From a virus (lineage: Duplodnaviria; Caudoviricetes): DNA of 39,692 bases. Shown here piece after piece: positions 9,086 through 16,547 of this stretch. Positions within the stretch are counted from its first letter, which is position 1. Each line of letters starts with the position of its first letter. A model generated the notes under the pieces. It made no database searches. It worked only from the letters and a program-made list of their open reading frames with translations, and was not told where the DNA came from. Location of the stretch: positions 1 to 39,692 of the IMG/VR virus record IMGVR_UViG_3300044674_003315. The stretch is one strand, 5' to 3'. Made by a program: the position numbers and the translations under genes.

Positions 9086-9469
9086 AAAGTCTAAGTCCTT
9101 TTGCATTGCTCTTTCATCTGCAGACTTAAAAAGTCTGCACTCGGGGCATTCATCCATTGCTGCCGCGCCCCACGGTAAAACTCCCCCCGTATCTATCGCC
9201 CCTGACCCGTCACACGTTCCGCAAAGCCGCTCGACTCGATACCCCCATTCGCGGGTCATCTGTGCGCCTTCCTCACAGTAGTAGCTCCCGCCCCAACATG
9301 TCGCGCCTGTGAACTTGTAGTAGAATCCAATCTCCCCACGGCATTTTCCCGTCACGCTGCAACGCCCGTCGCACTCGCGTAGCGAACGCGAAACCGGAGA
9401 ACAATCGGGTGGAGAGCAACCGCCCTCCCGCTGGGTGTTTTCGTCGTTGTTTTGCTTATTCGTCGTCAT
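9059..9469 (-). CDS. Cys-rich (CxxC, zinc-finger-like) cassette protein
   Basis: 136 aa with CGTCDGSG...ECPEC. Starts in the loop of site 1 and ends in site 0. Confidence 0.7.
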   Translation of the reverse strand: MTTNKQNNDENTQREGGCSPPDCSPVSRSLRECDGRCSVTGKCRGEIGFYYKFTGATCWGGSYYCEEGAQMTREWGYRVERLCGTCDGSGAIDTGGVLPWGAAAMDECPECRLFKSADERAMQKDLDFAKGEAPAR

Positions 9470-9522
9470 TAGGTAAAGTGTAGTTTACTTATCGGGGCGG
9501 TGCCTCACCCTTGGCGTTCTCC
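9396..9522 (+). mobile_element. attC-like recombination site 1 (127 bp)
   Basis: GGAGAAC (R'')...GGGTGgAGaGCAaCCGCCC / GGGCGGTGCCTCACCC...GTTCTCC (R'): an imperfect palindrome with three extrahelical bases, an unpaired spacer and a long loop. Confidence 0.75.
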
Positions 9523-10253
9523 AAAGAATCAGAGCTCTGTTCCGGTGAGGATTTCCCATGCGCCAGCAGCCACAGCCGGAATCTGTCCGTTGCCAATGGC
9601 TCGATTGCGCTCCAACCCGTTACCCAGCCCATCAGCCATTCTTGGAATTGGGGGCATGGTTGCCCTCCAGCCAGTTGCCACAGGCTTACGCCATAGCGCT
9701 GCCCTTTCGCGGATACGCTGCTCCCAGTTTCGTCCAAAGTCCTTTTCGACGGGTTGGTCAGAGGAGTGGGCAGCAATCCACATCCTCTTTCTCCGGTGAA
9801 GCAGTCCGGCATCGTCACCGCCGAGCACTCCCCATGCAGCATTATACCCCATTTCGGCCAGGTCTCCGAGAACGTGTCCAAGCCCTCTAGAAGCGAGGTT
9901 TGGGGAGTTTTCCACGAAGACGAAGCGGGGTTCCACTTCGCCAATGATCCGTGCCATTTCCCTCCAGAGACCGGAGTGTTCGCCATCTGTCCCTTCTCCT
10001 TTTTGGTTGGCGCAGGAGATGTCAGTGCATGGGAAACCTCCGCAGACGACATCTGCGATCCCCTTCCACGGTTTCCCGTCGAAGGTTGAGACATCACCCC
10101 AAACAGGGAACCATGGGAGTATCCCGTCTCGCTGCCGCTGGATGAGGACACTCCTGGCGTATGGTTCAAGTTCGACAGCGCAACAGGGTTGATGTCCGCA
10201 AAGGATGCCGCCGAGGATTCCTCCCCCGCAGCCTGCAAATAGGTGTAGCTCAT
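9489..10253 (-). CDS. Alternative-frame partner (beta-like subunit) of the cytosine methyltransferase
   Basis: 254-aa ORF spanning almost the whole MTase gene. It carries WPKWG, LLPTP and the motif-IX-like CPQFQEWLMGWVTGW that the MTase frame lacks. Confidence 0.7.
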   Translation of the reverse strand: MSYTYLQAAGEESSAASFADINPVALSNLNHTPGVSSSSGSETGYSHGSLFGVMSQPSTGNRGRGSQMSSAEVSHALTSPAPTKKEKGQMANTPVSGGKWHGSLAKWNPASSSWKTPQTSLLEGLDTFSETWPKWGIMLHGECSAVTMPDCFTGERGCGLLPTPLTNPSKRTLDETGSSVSAKGQRYGVSLWQLAGGQPCPQFQEWLMGWVTGWSAIEPLATDRFRLWLLAHGKSSPEQSSDSLENAKGEAPPR

Positions 10254-10260
10254 GATTCAT
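9529..10260 (-). CDS. DNA cytosine-5 methyltransferase (alpha-like subunit)
   Basis: Motif I LFAGCGG, IV GGFPC, VI ENSP, VIII HRRKRMW and X AIGNGQ. Confidence 0.9.
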   Translation of the reverse strand: MNHELHLFAGCGGGILGGILCGHQPCCAVELEPYARSVLIQRQRDGILPWFPVWGDVSTFDGKPWKGIADVVCGGFPCTDISCANQKGEGTDGEHSGLWREMARIIGEVEPRFVFVENSPNLASRGLGHVLGDLAEMGYNAAWGVLGGDDAGLLHRRKRMWIAAHSSDQPVEKDFGRNWEQRIRERAALWRKPVATGWRATMPPIPRMADGLGNGLERNRAIGNGQIPAVAAGAWEILTGTEL

Positions 10261-10275
10261 TTATCGGTTCTAAAA

Positions 10276-10647
10276 TTAAGAAGGAGAACAAGAAGTCGCA
10301 CCCAACCCTCCTTCGTCGGGTGGGTGGACATTGGCGTTCTCCTTCAATCGAACGGTTCCCGTGCCGTCGTTCCATTCTATCTCATACCACCGCTCTACCC
10401 ACTCCAAAGCCGCTCGGATGTGCGGAGCGTATAGCCTCCCGGACGATGTATCGAAATCGACCATATCCCATCCCACCCCATTCCACTGGAAGGTGAACCT
10501 GTCGTGGCATCCCCAGACGCCTGAATCGTTCTCGAAGATGACTTGGCCATCGTGGTCTGTTACGATGTGAGGCACGCCGCACAATGTAATCGAACGCGAA
10601 ACCGGAATACAATCGGGTGCCTCACCCTTTCCGTTCACCTGCCTCAC
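10276..10647 (-). CDS. Hypothetical cassette protein
   Basis: 123 aa with a GTGA-coupled start. The N-terminus is encoded by site 3 and the C-terminus by site 2. Confidence 0.65.
   Translation of the reverse strand: MRQVNGKGEAPDCIPVSRSITLCGVPHIVTDHDGQVIFENDSGVWGCHDRFTFQWNGVGWDMVDFDTSSGRLYAPHIRAALEWVERWYEIEWNDGTGTVRLKENANVHPPDEGGLGATSCSPS
10283..10342 (+). mobile_element. attC-like recombination site 2 (60 bp)
   Basis: GGAGAAC-aagaa-GTCgCACCCAaCCC-tccttcgtc-GGGTGGGTGGAC-attggc-GTTCTCC: attC-like size, two extrahelical bases, complementary R''/R'. Confidence 0.8.
10591..10637 (+). mobile_element. Collapsed attC-like site 3
   Basis: 10591-10619 is 27/29 identical to 9383-9411 and is fused via GGTG to the right arm GGTGCCTCACCCTT...GTTC; the central stem-loop is missing. 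Confidence 0.6.
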
Positions 10648-10853
10648 TTCCTCCAGACCTCCACGGCACCCTTAATATCCGCCGGAGATTGCACGATCCG
10701 GGCCTTGATGTTCGACCGACGCAGGTCCATCAGCGCATTCTCCGCCATCCACATCTCGCTCTCCAGGTATGGCCGAGTGACAGAGTGCAACCCTAACTTT
10801 TTCGCCGTCGTTGGCTTAATGGGCTTTCGCCCTCTTGGGTCTAGCGCGCTCAT
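10644..10853 (-). CDS. Hypothetical protein
   Basis: Start moved to ATG 10853 (ATGA overlap with the upstream stop). Confidence 0.6.
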   Translation of the reverse strand: MSALDPRGRKPIKPTTAKKLGLHSVTRPYLESEMWMAENALMDLRRSNIKARIVQSPADIKGAVEVWRK

Positions 10854-11059
10854 TTGTAATAAGTGAGTTTGAGTTTCAATGCTAGATTCAGCAGAGCTTC
10901 TTCCTCTGTCCCACCCTTGACCACAATTCCTGGCGCTGTTGCCTGCCAACGATCATCCGCCGCATCAGGCAAAGGCGCAAACGTGCTAATGCGGTGCTTA
11001 ACCATCCACTGAGCTTTCGGTGACAGGCTCGATACTTCGGCTTCGTCAAATAATTCCAT
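10850..11059 (-). CDS. Hypothetical protein
   Basis: 69-aa ORF coupled to both neighbours. Confidence 0.6.
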   Translation of the reverse strand: MELFDEAEVSSLSPKAQWMVKHRISTFAPLPDAADDRWQATAPGIVVKGGTEEEALLNLALKLKLTYYK

Positions 11060-11061
11060 GC

Positions 11062-11694
11062 TTACAATCCTTTTAATATTGGCATTATCTCTTTTCTCTT
11101 CTGTTCGTAGTAAACGAGGAAACGGTCCAATGCGTAACTAACTTTCTCCGTGTAGGAATCCCGCTCTACTCGCACAATGAGAGGCTTGAGCCCACGACAA
11201 TAGCTCATGTAATACCAGTAATCCAAGCCAGTGACGGCCAGAGCACCATGCACTTGCTGCTTATGCTTGTCTGGTAGTTTGCCCGCAATCAGATCCATTG
11301 CGTGATTCTTCTTTGTTGGGCACTTGATCTCTAGGCCCGCTAACGGCTCTTCTGAGCCTTCTTTATAGACCAGCCCGTCAGGCGAACACCCCGCTATTTC
11401 ATCGTCACGAGTAATAAACCCAACCTCTTGCACCCCGAATCCCATCTCAAGGGCGAACAGATCCCGCGCCTCTGGTTCTAGCTCGTTGCCTCTGTCGGTA
11501 TGGTAGTTCCCTTCGAACTTCACCTCGAATGGAGGTAGACATTCCGCGCATAGCTCAACTGCGAAGCCTCCCCATTGGGAGGAGTCTTTTCCCGTCGACG
11601 TGATGATTCGAGAAAATTCAGAAGCCGTTGGACGCCCCGAACGCACGGCAAACCATTGCTCAGAGCCCTGAGCCAAGTCTGGTAGAATTGTCAT
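11062..11694 (-). CDS. YqaJ/lambda-type exonuclease
   Basis: QGSEQWFAVR, TASE, RGNELEP, GCSPDG, LEIKCP and QQVH motifs. Confidence 0.92.
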   Translation of the reverse strand: MTILPDLAQGSEQWFAVRSGRPTASEFSRIITSTGKDSSQWGGFAVELCAECLPPFEVKFEGNYHTDRGNELEPEARDLFALEMGFGVQEVGFITRDDEIAGCSPDGLVYKEGSEEPLAGLEIKCPTKKNHAMDLIAGKLPDKHKQQVHGALAVTGLDYWYYMSYCRGLKPLIVRVERDSYTEKVSYALDRFLVYYEQKRKEIMPILKGL

Positions 11695-11709
11695 AAGCAG
11701 AATATTAAA

Positions 11710-12630
11710 TTAGTTTTTATTTATGTCAGTCCATGCTGCTTGAACCTTCAACGTGAATGCTTCACTTTTGAGCTGATTCGCCTCATGCTTCAGCGCTTCT
11801 CTGTGAGCCTTCACGCTAGCGAGCGCGCGAAAGAGTGCCGCCTTGTAGTCTGCCCACTCTTCGGCTGCTGATTGTGGCGTTGGAAAGTGAGCGCTCCCCT
11901 CTTTTTTCTCGATGGGCGCAGCAGGAGGCTTGTTGGCTTCCGCTGCTTCCTTCTTAGCTTCCGCCGCCGCTGCCTCTGCCTTGGCTTTTGCCTGCAAGGC
12001 TTCATAGCGCATGACCCGATTTTCTAGTTCTGCGGGCAGCGCAGACGGATCATAGCAAAGGAGCCCGTTGAAATCGCTGATCAGAGATTCCCGCGATTGG
12101 TCCGCATCGGCAAATGCCACCAGCAATTCACGGCACTTGGAGACTTCGCCCAGCTTCGTTTTGATCGCGACATCGGCGGCGGATCGCATGGACTCAAGTG
12201 TCCGTTTGCCCTTAACCGCCCCCACAACCAGACCGCGCACAGCCGAGGCTCGCGACTCAGTGAGTCCGCTCTCTTTGACGAAGAGCGCAACAGCTTGATC
12301 GATGATGCTTGCCTTAATTTTTGCCTTCTGAGCCTTCACGGCTTTATCGAGATTCAGGCGCACCTGGCGCACATCCTCCTCTGTCTCGTCAAGCTCGTTC
12401 AGGACTGCAGTCAACCGCCCGGCTTCGTCAATTGCTTTATTCCGAGCCGCCTTAATTTTGCCCTGTAGGTCAGTGAGTGTTTTTACGTCTACCTCAGCCT
12501 GGCCGAAATCCTCGTCAGACGAAAGCTCAGTGTTAACCTCCTTGAGGCGCTCGCTCACAAACGCCCGAAACTCTGGCAAATTGGACTCCACGACCTCGCC
12601 CTTTAGGCGTATTGCTAGCGCTACGCTCAT
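11710..12630 (-). CDS. Coiled-coil recombination-associated protein (DUF1351-like)
   Basis: Helical 306-aa protein (GEVVESNL..F...L.SDEDF.QA) located between the recT-like and exonuclease genes. Confidence 0.55.
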   Translation of the reverse strand: MSVALAIRLKGEVVESNLPEFRAFVSERLKEVNTELSSDEDFGQAEVDVKTLTDLQGKIKAARNKAIDEAGRLTAVLNELDETEEDVRQVRLNLDKAVKAQKAKIKASIIDQAVALFVKESGLTESRASAVRGLVVGAVKGKRTLESMRSAADVAIKTKLGEVSKCRELLVAFADADQSRESLISDFNGLLCYDPSALPAELENRVMRYEALQAKAKAEAAAAEAKKEAAEANKPPAAPIEKKEGSAHFPTPQSAAEEWADYKAALFRALASVKAHREALKHEANQLKSEAFTLKVQAAWTDINKN

Positions 12631-13289
12631 ATGGGCAACTCCTCCCCATTTTCCTTTGTGCCTGTTTTCTCAAAAGGATCAATTTCAAGCTGAGATTCCA
12701 CCTCGCGCGCCTCAATAGGCCGCAAGGTGATCTCTTCCGCTTCCTCATACGTCTTCATCCCCATAAGCACTTCAGGAGCGTAGAGGCGGCCAAAGAGGGT
12801 GGCTGTTCTGTACCTAAGCATAAGCTCTGGCATTGTTTTCCACTTCGAGCCGTTCTTTTGATACCAACCCTCGGCCTTCGCCATGTTGATTGACACTGGC
12901 GGGCTTTCTAGGCGCTCCCCGCCACTCTTCTCGTCCGCCCACGCGACACATGACGCGGCGTCACCTTCCCCCGTGATTTCGAATCGTAGCGGCGAAAACT
13001 TTCCTGTCGCATTGATAGCGGCAATGATGAACTGAGAAGACCAGCTAGGCTTTCCGTGGACGATGTACAGATTTTGCATCACTGCTAGCGGGCTAGCTTG
13101 CATGCGCTGCGCCATTTCCAGAGCAATGATACAATTAGGCAAATTGCTTCGGCCTTGGAATTCTTTAGGCACAAGCGCCGATGAGCAGAGCATCTGCGCT
13201 TGTCGTTGCGCCAGTTCAAAATTGGCTGCGTTCGCGAATAGGCTCGCGTCTTTCATTTCTAGTTGTGTTTCTGGCATGGTTTCTGACAT
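12627..13289 (-). CDS. RecT/Red-beta-like single-strand annealing protein
   Basis: LVPKEFQG..NCIIA.EMA..., VMQNLYIVHGKPSW and KWKTMPELMLRYR motifs; near the exonuclease gene. Confidence 0.8.
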   Translation of the reverse strand: MSETMPETQLEMKDASLFANAANFELAQRQAQMLCSSALVPKEFQGRSNLPNCIIALEMAQRMQASPLAVMQNLYIVHGKPSWSSQFIIAAINATGKFSPLRFEITGEGDAASCVAWADEKSGGERLESPPVSINMAKAEGWYQKNGSKWKTMPELMLRYRTATLFGRLYAPEVLMGMKTYEEAEEITLRPIEAREVESQLEIDPFEKTGTKENGEELPI

Positions 13290-13299
13290 TGATAATTAC

Positions 13300-13662
13300 T
13301 CACAGGCCTACAAAAACATCGGTGCTCAGATCGAAAGCTTCAGCTATATCTAGCAGCTCGTCTCTCCAGCAGTTTATAGGAACCCAATCATGAGTGGCTT
13401 GCAGCCTGTTGATCAGCCCGCTATGGGCATCAGGCACCTGGTTGGTTTTGATTAGCTGGCTCCAGCTCTCGCTCTCTATTTCTGCGCTGTATTCGTCTGC
13501 GGATATTAGGCAACCCGCTGCGCACATCAGCGCGCCATTGCGGTACAGGCACACACCGCCAGTCTCATCCGCTGATCGCTGGTTCTGCGTAAGCAAGTGC
13601 CGCACTAACTGATCGAAAACCTCCTGCTCTGTCGCGCCGGGCAGCCTTTTTAGGTTAATCAT
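13300..13662 (-). CDS. Conserved phage hypothetical protein (CLYR...CAAGCLI...LQATHD)
   Basis: 120-aa ORF with a Cys/His motif pattern. Confidence 0.7.
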   Translation of the reverse strand: MINLKRLPGATEQEVFDQLVRHLLTQNQRSADETGGVCLYRNGALMCAAGCLISADEYSAEIESESWSQLIKTNQVPDAHSGLINRLQATHDWVPINCWRDELLDIAEAFDLSTDVFVGL

Positions 13663-13787
13663 TTGTCCCCCCTCACTTGTAGGGATCTATCCTGATACTC
13701 AACGTGCGCCGTTATAACACAGCGCGCCAGCAGCACCAGGCTATACCAGAACACCAAGCACAACGCCAAGACCGGAGCTAGCTTCAT
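13659..13787 (-). CDS. Small membrane peptide (42 aa; not in ORF track)
   Basis: MKLAPVLALCLVFWYSLVLLARCVITAHVEYQDRSLQVRGDK. ATGA overlaps at both ends fill the gap exactly. Confidence 0.65.
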   Translation of the reverse strand: MKLAPVLALCLVFWYSLVLLARCVITAHVEYQDRSLQVRGDK

Positions 13788-14050
13788 GATTGTTTGATTG
13801 TTTTGCTCTCCAAATAACCCACAACCTCAGAAGCGCGGTACCTGATCGCCCTTGCGTTGCCTAGCAGGTCAATCTTCGGAATTGGCAATAATGAAAGCGT
13901 TTTCGGCGTGACATCGAGCATCCCGCACACCTGGGCAGCCGAAAGCACTTCCAGATCGTCGCGATACTGTTTTATGATTTTCGAGGCCACCAGGGAAGCG
14001 GCCTCGTTAATCATCGCGCGCCGTTCTTGCGCGGATAGATCAATAGTCAT
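13784..14050 (-). CDS. Excisionase-like HTH protein
   Basis: LSAAQVCGMLDVTPKTL...RAIRYRASEV, a MerR/AlpA-type winged HTH pattern. Confidence 0.7.
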   Translation of the reverse strand: MTIDLSAQERRAMINEAASLVASKIIKQYRDDLEVLSAAQVCGMLDVTPKTLSLLPIPKIDLLGNARAIRYRASEVVGYLESKTIKQS

Positions 14051-14201
14051 CTTTGCCCTCCTTTACAGCTTCCTTGATGAGTTCAGCCATTTTCTGTTCT
14101 GGCGAGCGTCCCTCGCTCTCCGCAAGAGCGCAAAATTCGCTCAACACAGACGCGCTGAGCGCCTCTGTTTCAGTTATTTCAAAAATTAAAGATATGTTCA
14201 T
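14040..14201 (-). CDS. Small regulator in the Cro position (53 aa)
   Basis: First gene of the leftward early operon. EGRSPEQKMAELIK resembles the repressor C-terminus. Start placed at ATG 14201. Confidence 0.6.
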   Translation of the reverse strand: MNISLIFEITETEALSASVLSEFCALAESEGRSPEQKMAELIKEAVKEGKDDY

Positions 14202-14310
14202 ATTCAATGTTTGAGTTGTAAAACTTTGCTTGTGAGGCATATGAATTATGCCAATCGGGTAACTTTCAACAGAAAATTTGCTTTTAGGGCAATTTAAAAG
14301 AGGCTTACCA
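14202..14310. promoter_or_regulatory. Divergent lysis/lysogeny switch region
   Basis: AT-rich gap between divergent regulators, with inverted repeats GGCATA-N5-TATGCC (14236-14252) and CTTTTA-N8-TAAAAG (14281-14300). Confidence 0.55.
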
Positions 14311-14616
14311 ATGATAAAAAACCAACTCGTTAAAGACTGGCTCAAAGAACGGGGGCATAGCCGCTCGTGGCTGGCCGCCCAGTGCGGAGTCTCTAAAAAG
14401 ACTGTCGACAACTGGTTGAGTGCTGGGCGACCCATAAATGCCTCCGCCGCCACCATCATCAATCAACTCATGATTGGCCGAAGATCGATCAACCCGCAGA
14501 TCGATCTAGAAACGTTCGAGGCGTTCCGGGCGCTCTGTTGCCGCGAGAAAAGGTCGCCAGAAGAAAAAATTGCCGAACTCATCAAAACCTGCGTCTCCTC
14601 GCAGGCTGAACAATGA
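14311..14616 (+). CDS. XRE-type HTH repressor with extra C-terminal domain
   Basis: SRSWLAAQCGVSKKTVDNWLSAGRPI HTH; divergent from the early operon. Start placed at ATG 14311. Confidence 0.8.
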   Translation: MIKNQLVKDWLKERGHSRSWLAAQCGVSKKTVDNWLSAGRPINASAATIINQLMIGRRSINPQIDLETFEAFRALCCREKRSPEEKIAELIKTCVSSQAEQ

Positions 14617-14625
14617 CGCTTTGGC

Positions 14626-14994
14626 CTAAAGTCGGCTCTCTCTGATCCTGGCCGCCAAACGAGGATCGAAATACTCAAACACCTCACCGCCCGCAAGCGA
14701 TGCGCCCTCATGGCACACCGCACCGCGAGAGAGAACCGTTTTCCGGCGCCGCTTGTGGCTAGCGAAATACGCCAAGCGACGCGCGTTGTCTTCCGCCGCT
14801 TTCGCCGCCACCCATTCGCGCTTGCACTGATGCGCCCATGATAGAGCATCAGCCCAAACCATGCCCTCGGCCCGCAAGGAGCGTGCCGCCGCCATGACAT
14901 CGCGCATGCTGACAGAACCTGCTAGCACAGCTTTCGCAGTTGGGTTTACCGTGCGAGCGAGGCGTGGTTTTTTAGAGGTTTGGGCTGCGATCAC
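14626..14994 (-). CDS. Hypothetical protein
   Basis: 122-aa ORF, GTGA-coupled to the upstream gene. Confidence 0.5.
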   Translation of the reverse strand: MIAAQTSKKPRLARTVNPTAKAVLAGSVSMRDVMAAARSLRAEGMVWADALSWAHQCKREWVAAKAAEDNARRLAYFASHKRRRKTVLSRGAVCHEGASLAGGEVFEYFDPRLAARIRESRL

Positions 14995-15206
14995 GAAGGC
15001 TTATTATTTTTTAGGTTTTCTTCCTGCTCGGCTTTCTTGCGCGCTCTGTATTTCCGCTGCGCCTCCGCCTTCTTCTCTTTGTTCGCCGCGTACCACGCTG
15101 CTTTCCTGGCCTGCTCCTTAGCTAGGTGCTCCTCGTCTTCAGCGAGCACCTCAGCGCGATAGCGCCTCATGTATTCCTTGAAGTAACTGTTGCGGTTTGC
15201 GGGCAT
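14991..15206 (-). CDS. Small basic helical protein
   Basis: 71 aa, K/R/E-rich; divergent from the integrase. Confidence 0.55.
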   Translation of the reverse strand: MPANRNSYFKEYMRRYRAEVLAEDEEHLAKEQARKAAWYAANKEKKAEAQRKYRARKKAEQEENLKNNKPS

Positions 15207-15251
15207 GTTCTTCTGTTGTTCTTCCCGTCCCGTATGGTATCAGGCGGTAGC

Positions 15252-16412
15252 ATGCAAGGAAAAAAAATCAAAGTTGGTACGGTCTCGCTGACCGTCTACC
15301 CGTGGCGACACCCATCGGGCCGCGACTATTGGCGATGGGCCTGGTATGACACTAACGGCAAACGCCGGTATGGAACACGCGCGACAAAGCAGGACGCCAT
15401 CACAGCAGCTCGCGCAAAAGCCCTAGAGATCCACAACGGCACGCTAGACCTCTCCGAAATGACGCCAGAGAGGCGCAGCCTAGTTGCTGCGTTTCTCGCG
15501 CTGGATCCTACGTGGAGCCATATCGAGACCCTGCGAAGGATCGCCGCTCGCAAGTCCGTCTTGCTAGCCGATGCCGTGACAGAGTTCCTAGAAATCAAAG
15601 CAGCGAACCAAGGCAGAAGCCCCCGGAATCTAATGACGCTCAGGAAGAACCTGACACCGTTGGTTGCGGATCTTGGATCTGTAAAGCTCGACCAGATAAC
15701 CGTTACCGAGCTGGACGCCTGGCTGTCCCAGATCAGACACCTGGCCGCGCGGACACGTCAGAACCGCCGAGCCTCCGTGGTGACGTTCTGGCGATGGTGC
15801 CGAGCACGTGACTATGTGCCAGACCGAACAACGGAAGCCGAGAAGATGGCTAAGCCGATCACGGAAAGAAAGGTTCCGCTGACGTACACGCCCGAAGAAA
15901 TGCAGATCTTGCTTGATGCCGTGCAGCCGCACTACCTCCCTTGGCTTGTGCTCGCTGGTTTCGCTGGTATCCGCAACGAGGAAATGCACCCCGTCCCGAC
16001 GAGTCGCAAGAGCCCGCTGCTATGGTCAGATATCGATCTCCAAAGGGGATTGCTCACGATCAGGCCCGAGACATCAAAGACGGGCCAACGGCGAGTGATT
16101 GAGATGCGCCCGAACCTCAGAGCGTGGCTGAATAAATGCGAAGGATCGCAACTTGGCCACCACAAGCCACCAGACAAGACGCGACACGGAGAGGATGCAG
16201 AGACAAAGCGCATCGGGAAACTAGTCGGAGGGTGGCGCAGAAACGCGCTCAGAGACTCTTTCATCTCCTACCGAGCAGCCCAAGCAGGGATTGCCAGGGC
16301 AGCGATGGAAGCCGGAAACTCAGAGAGCGAGGCGAAGAAGAGTTACCACGACGCGAAAAGTCAGGAAGATGGGGAAGCGTGGTTCAGCCTGATGCCCCAA
16401 GAGCGAGGTTGA
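15252..16412 (+). CDS. int: Tyrosine recombinase / phage integrase
   Basis: Arm-binding-like N-terminus, SAM-like domain, AGIRNEE (R), SKTG (K), NALRDSF (xxLR), AGNS and KKSY (Y); next to the tRNA-derived attP. Start placed at ATG 15252. Confidence 0.88.
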   Translation: MQGKKIKVGTVSLTVYPWRHPSGRDYWRWAWYDTNGKRRYGTRATKQDAITAARAKALEIHNGTLDLSEMTPERRSLVAAFLALDPTWSHIETLRRIAARKSVLLADAVTEFLEIKAANQGRSPRNLMTLRKNLTPLVADLGSVKLDQITVTELDAWLSQIRHLAARTRQNRRASVVTFWRWCRARDYVPDRTTEAEKMAKPITERKVPLTYTPEEMQILLDAVQPHYLPWLVLAGFAGIRNEEMHPVPTSRKSPLLWSDIDLQRGLLTIRPETSKTGQRRVIEMRPNLRAWLNKCEGSQLGHHKPPDKTRHGEDAETKRIGKLVGGWRRNALRDSFISYRAAQAGIARAAMEAGNSESEAKKSYHDAKSQEDGEAWFSLMPQERG

Positions 16413-16425
16413 CTTTAGAGAATTG

Positions 16426-16462
16426 TGCGACATCCCACGGGTTCCCTGTGACATCTCACGGG
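16426..16462 (+). repeat. Direct repeat TGYGACATCYCACGGG x2 (putative integrase arm sites)
   Basis: 16426-16441 and 16447-16462, 21-nt period, just after the int stop. Confidence 0.6.
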
Positions 16463-16547
16463 GGCGTGTAACCTTAACAGTTTTGCTATAAATAATCATA
16501 ATGCCATCCCGGTTTGTTCTGCTTTCATAGGCACGCATAATTGAAAC

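Noticed and set aside
9396-10342. attC-like palindromes as simple terminators or REP elements
   Set aside because: They have no U tracts, are translated through, and show the asymmetric extrahelical bases and AAC/GTT ends characteristic of attC.
14202-14462. N-terminal extension of the 140-aa ORF 14040-14462
   Set aside because: It runs antisense through the repressor gene and switch region; ATG 14201 is the more plausible start.
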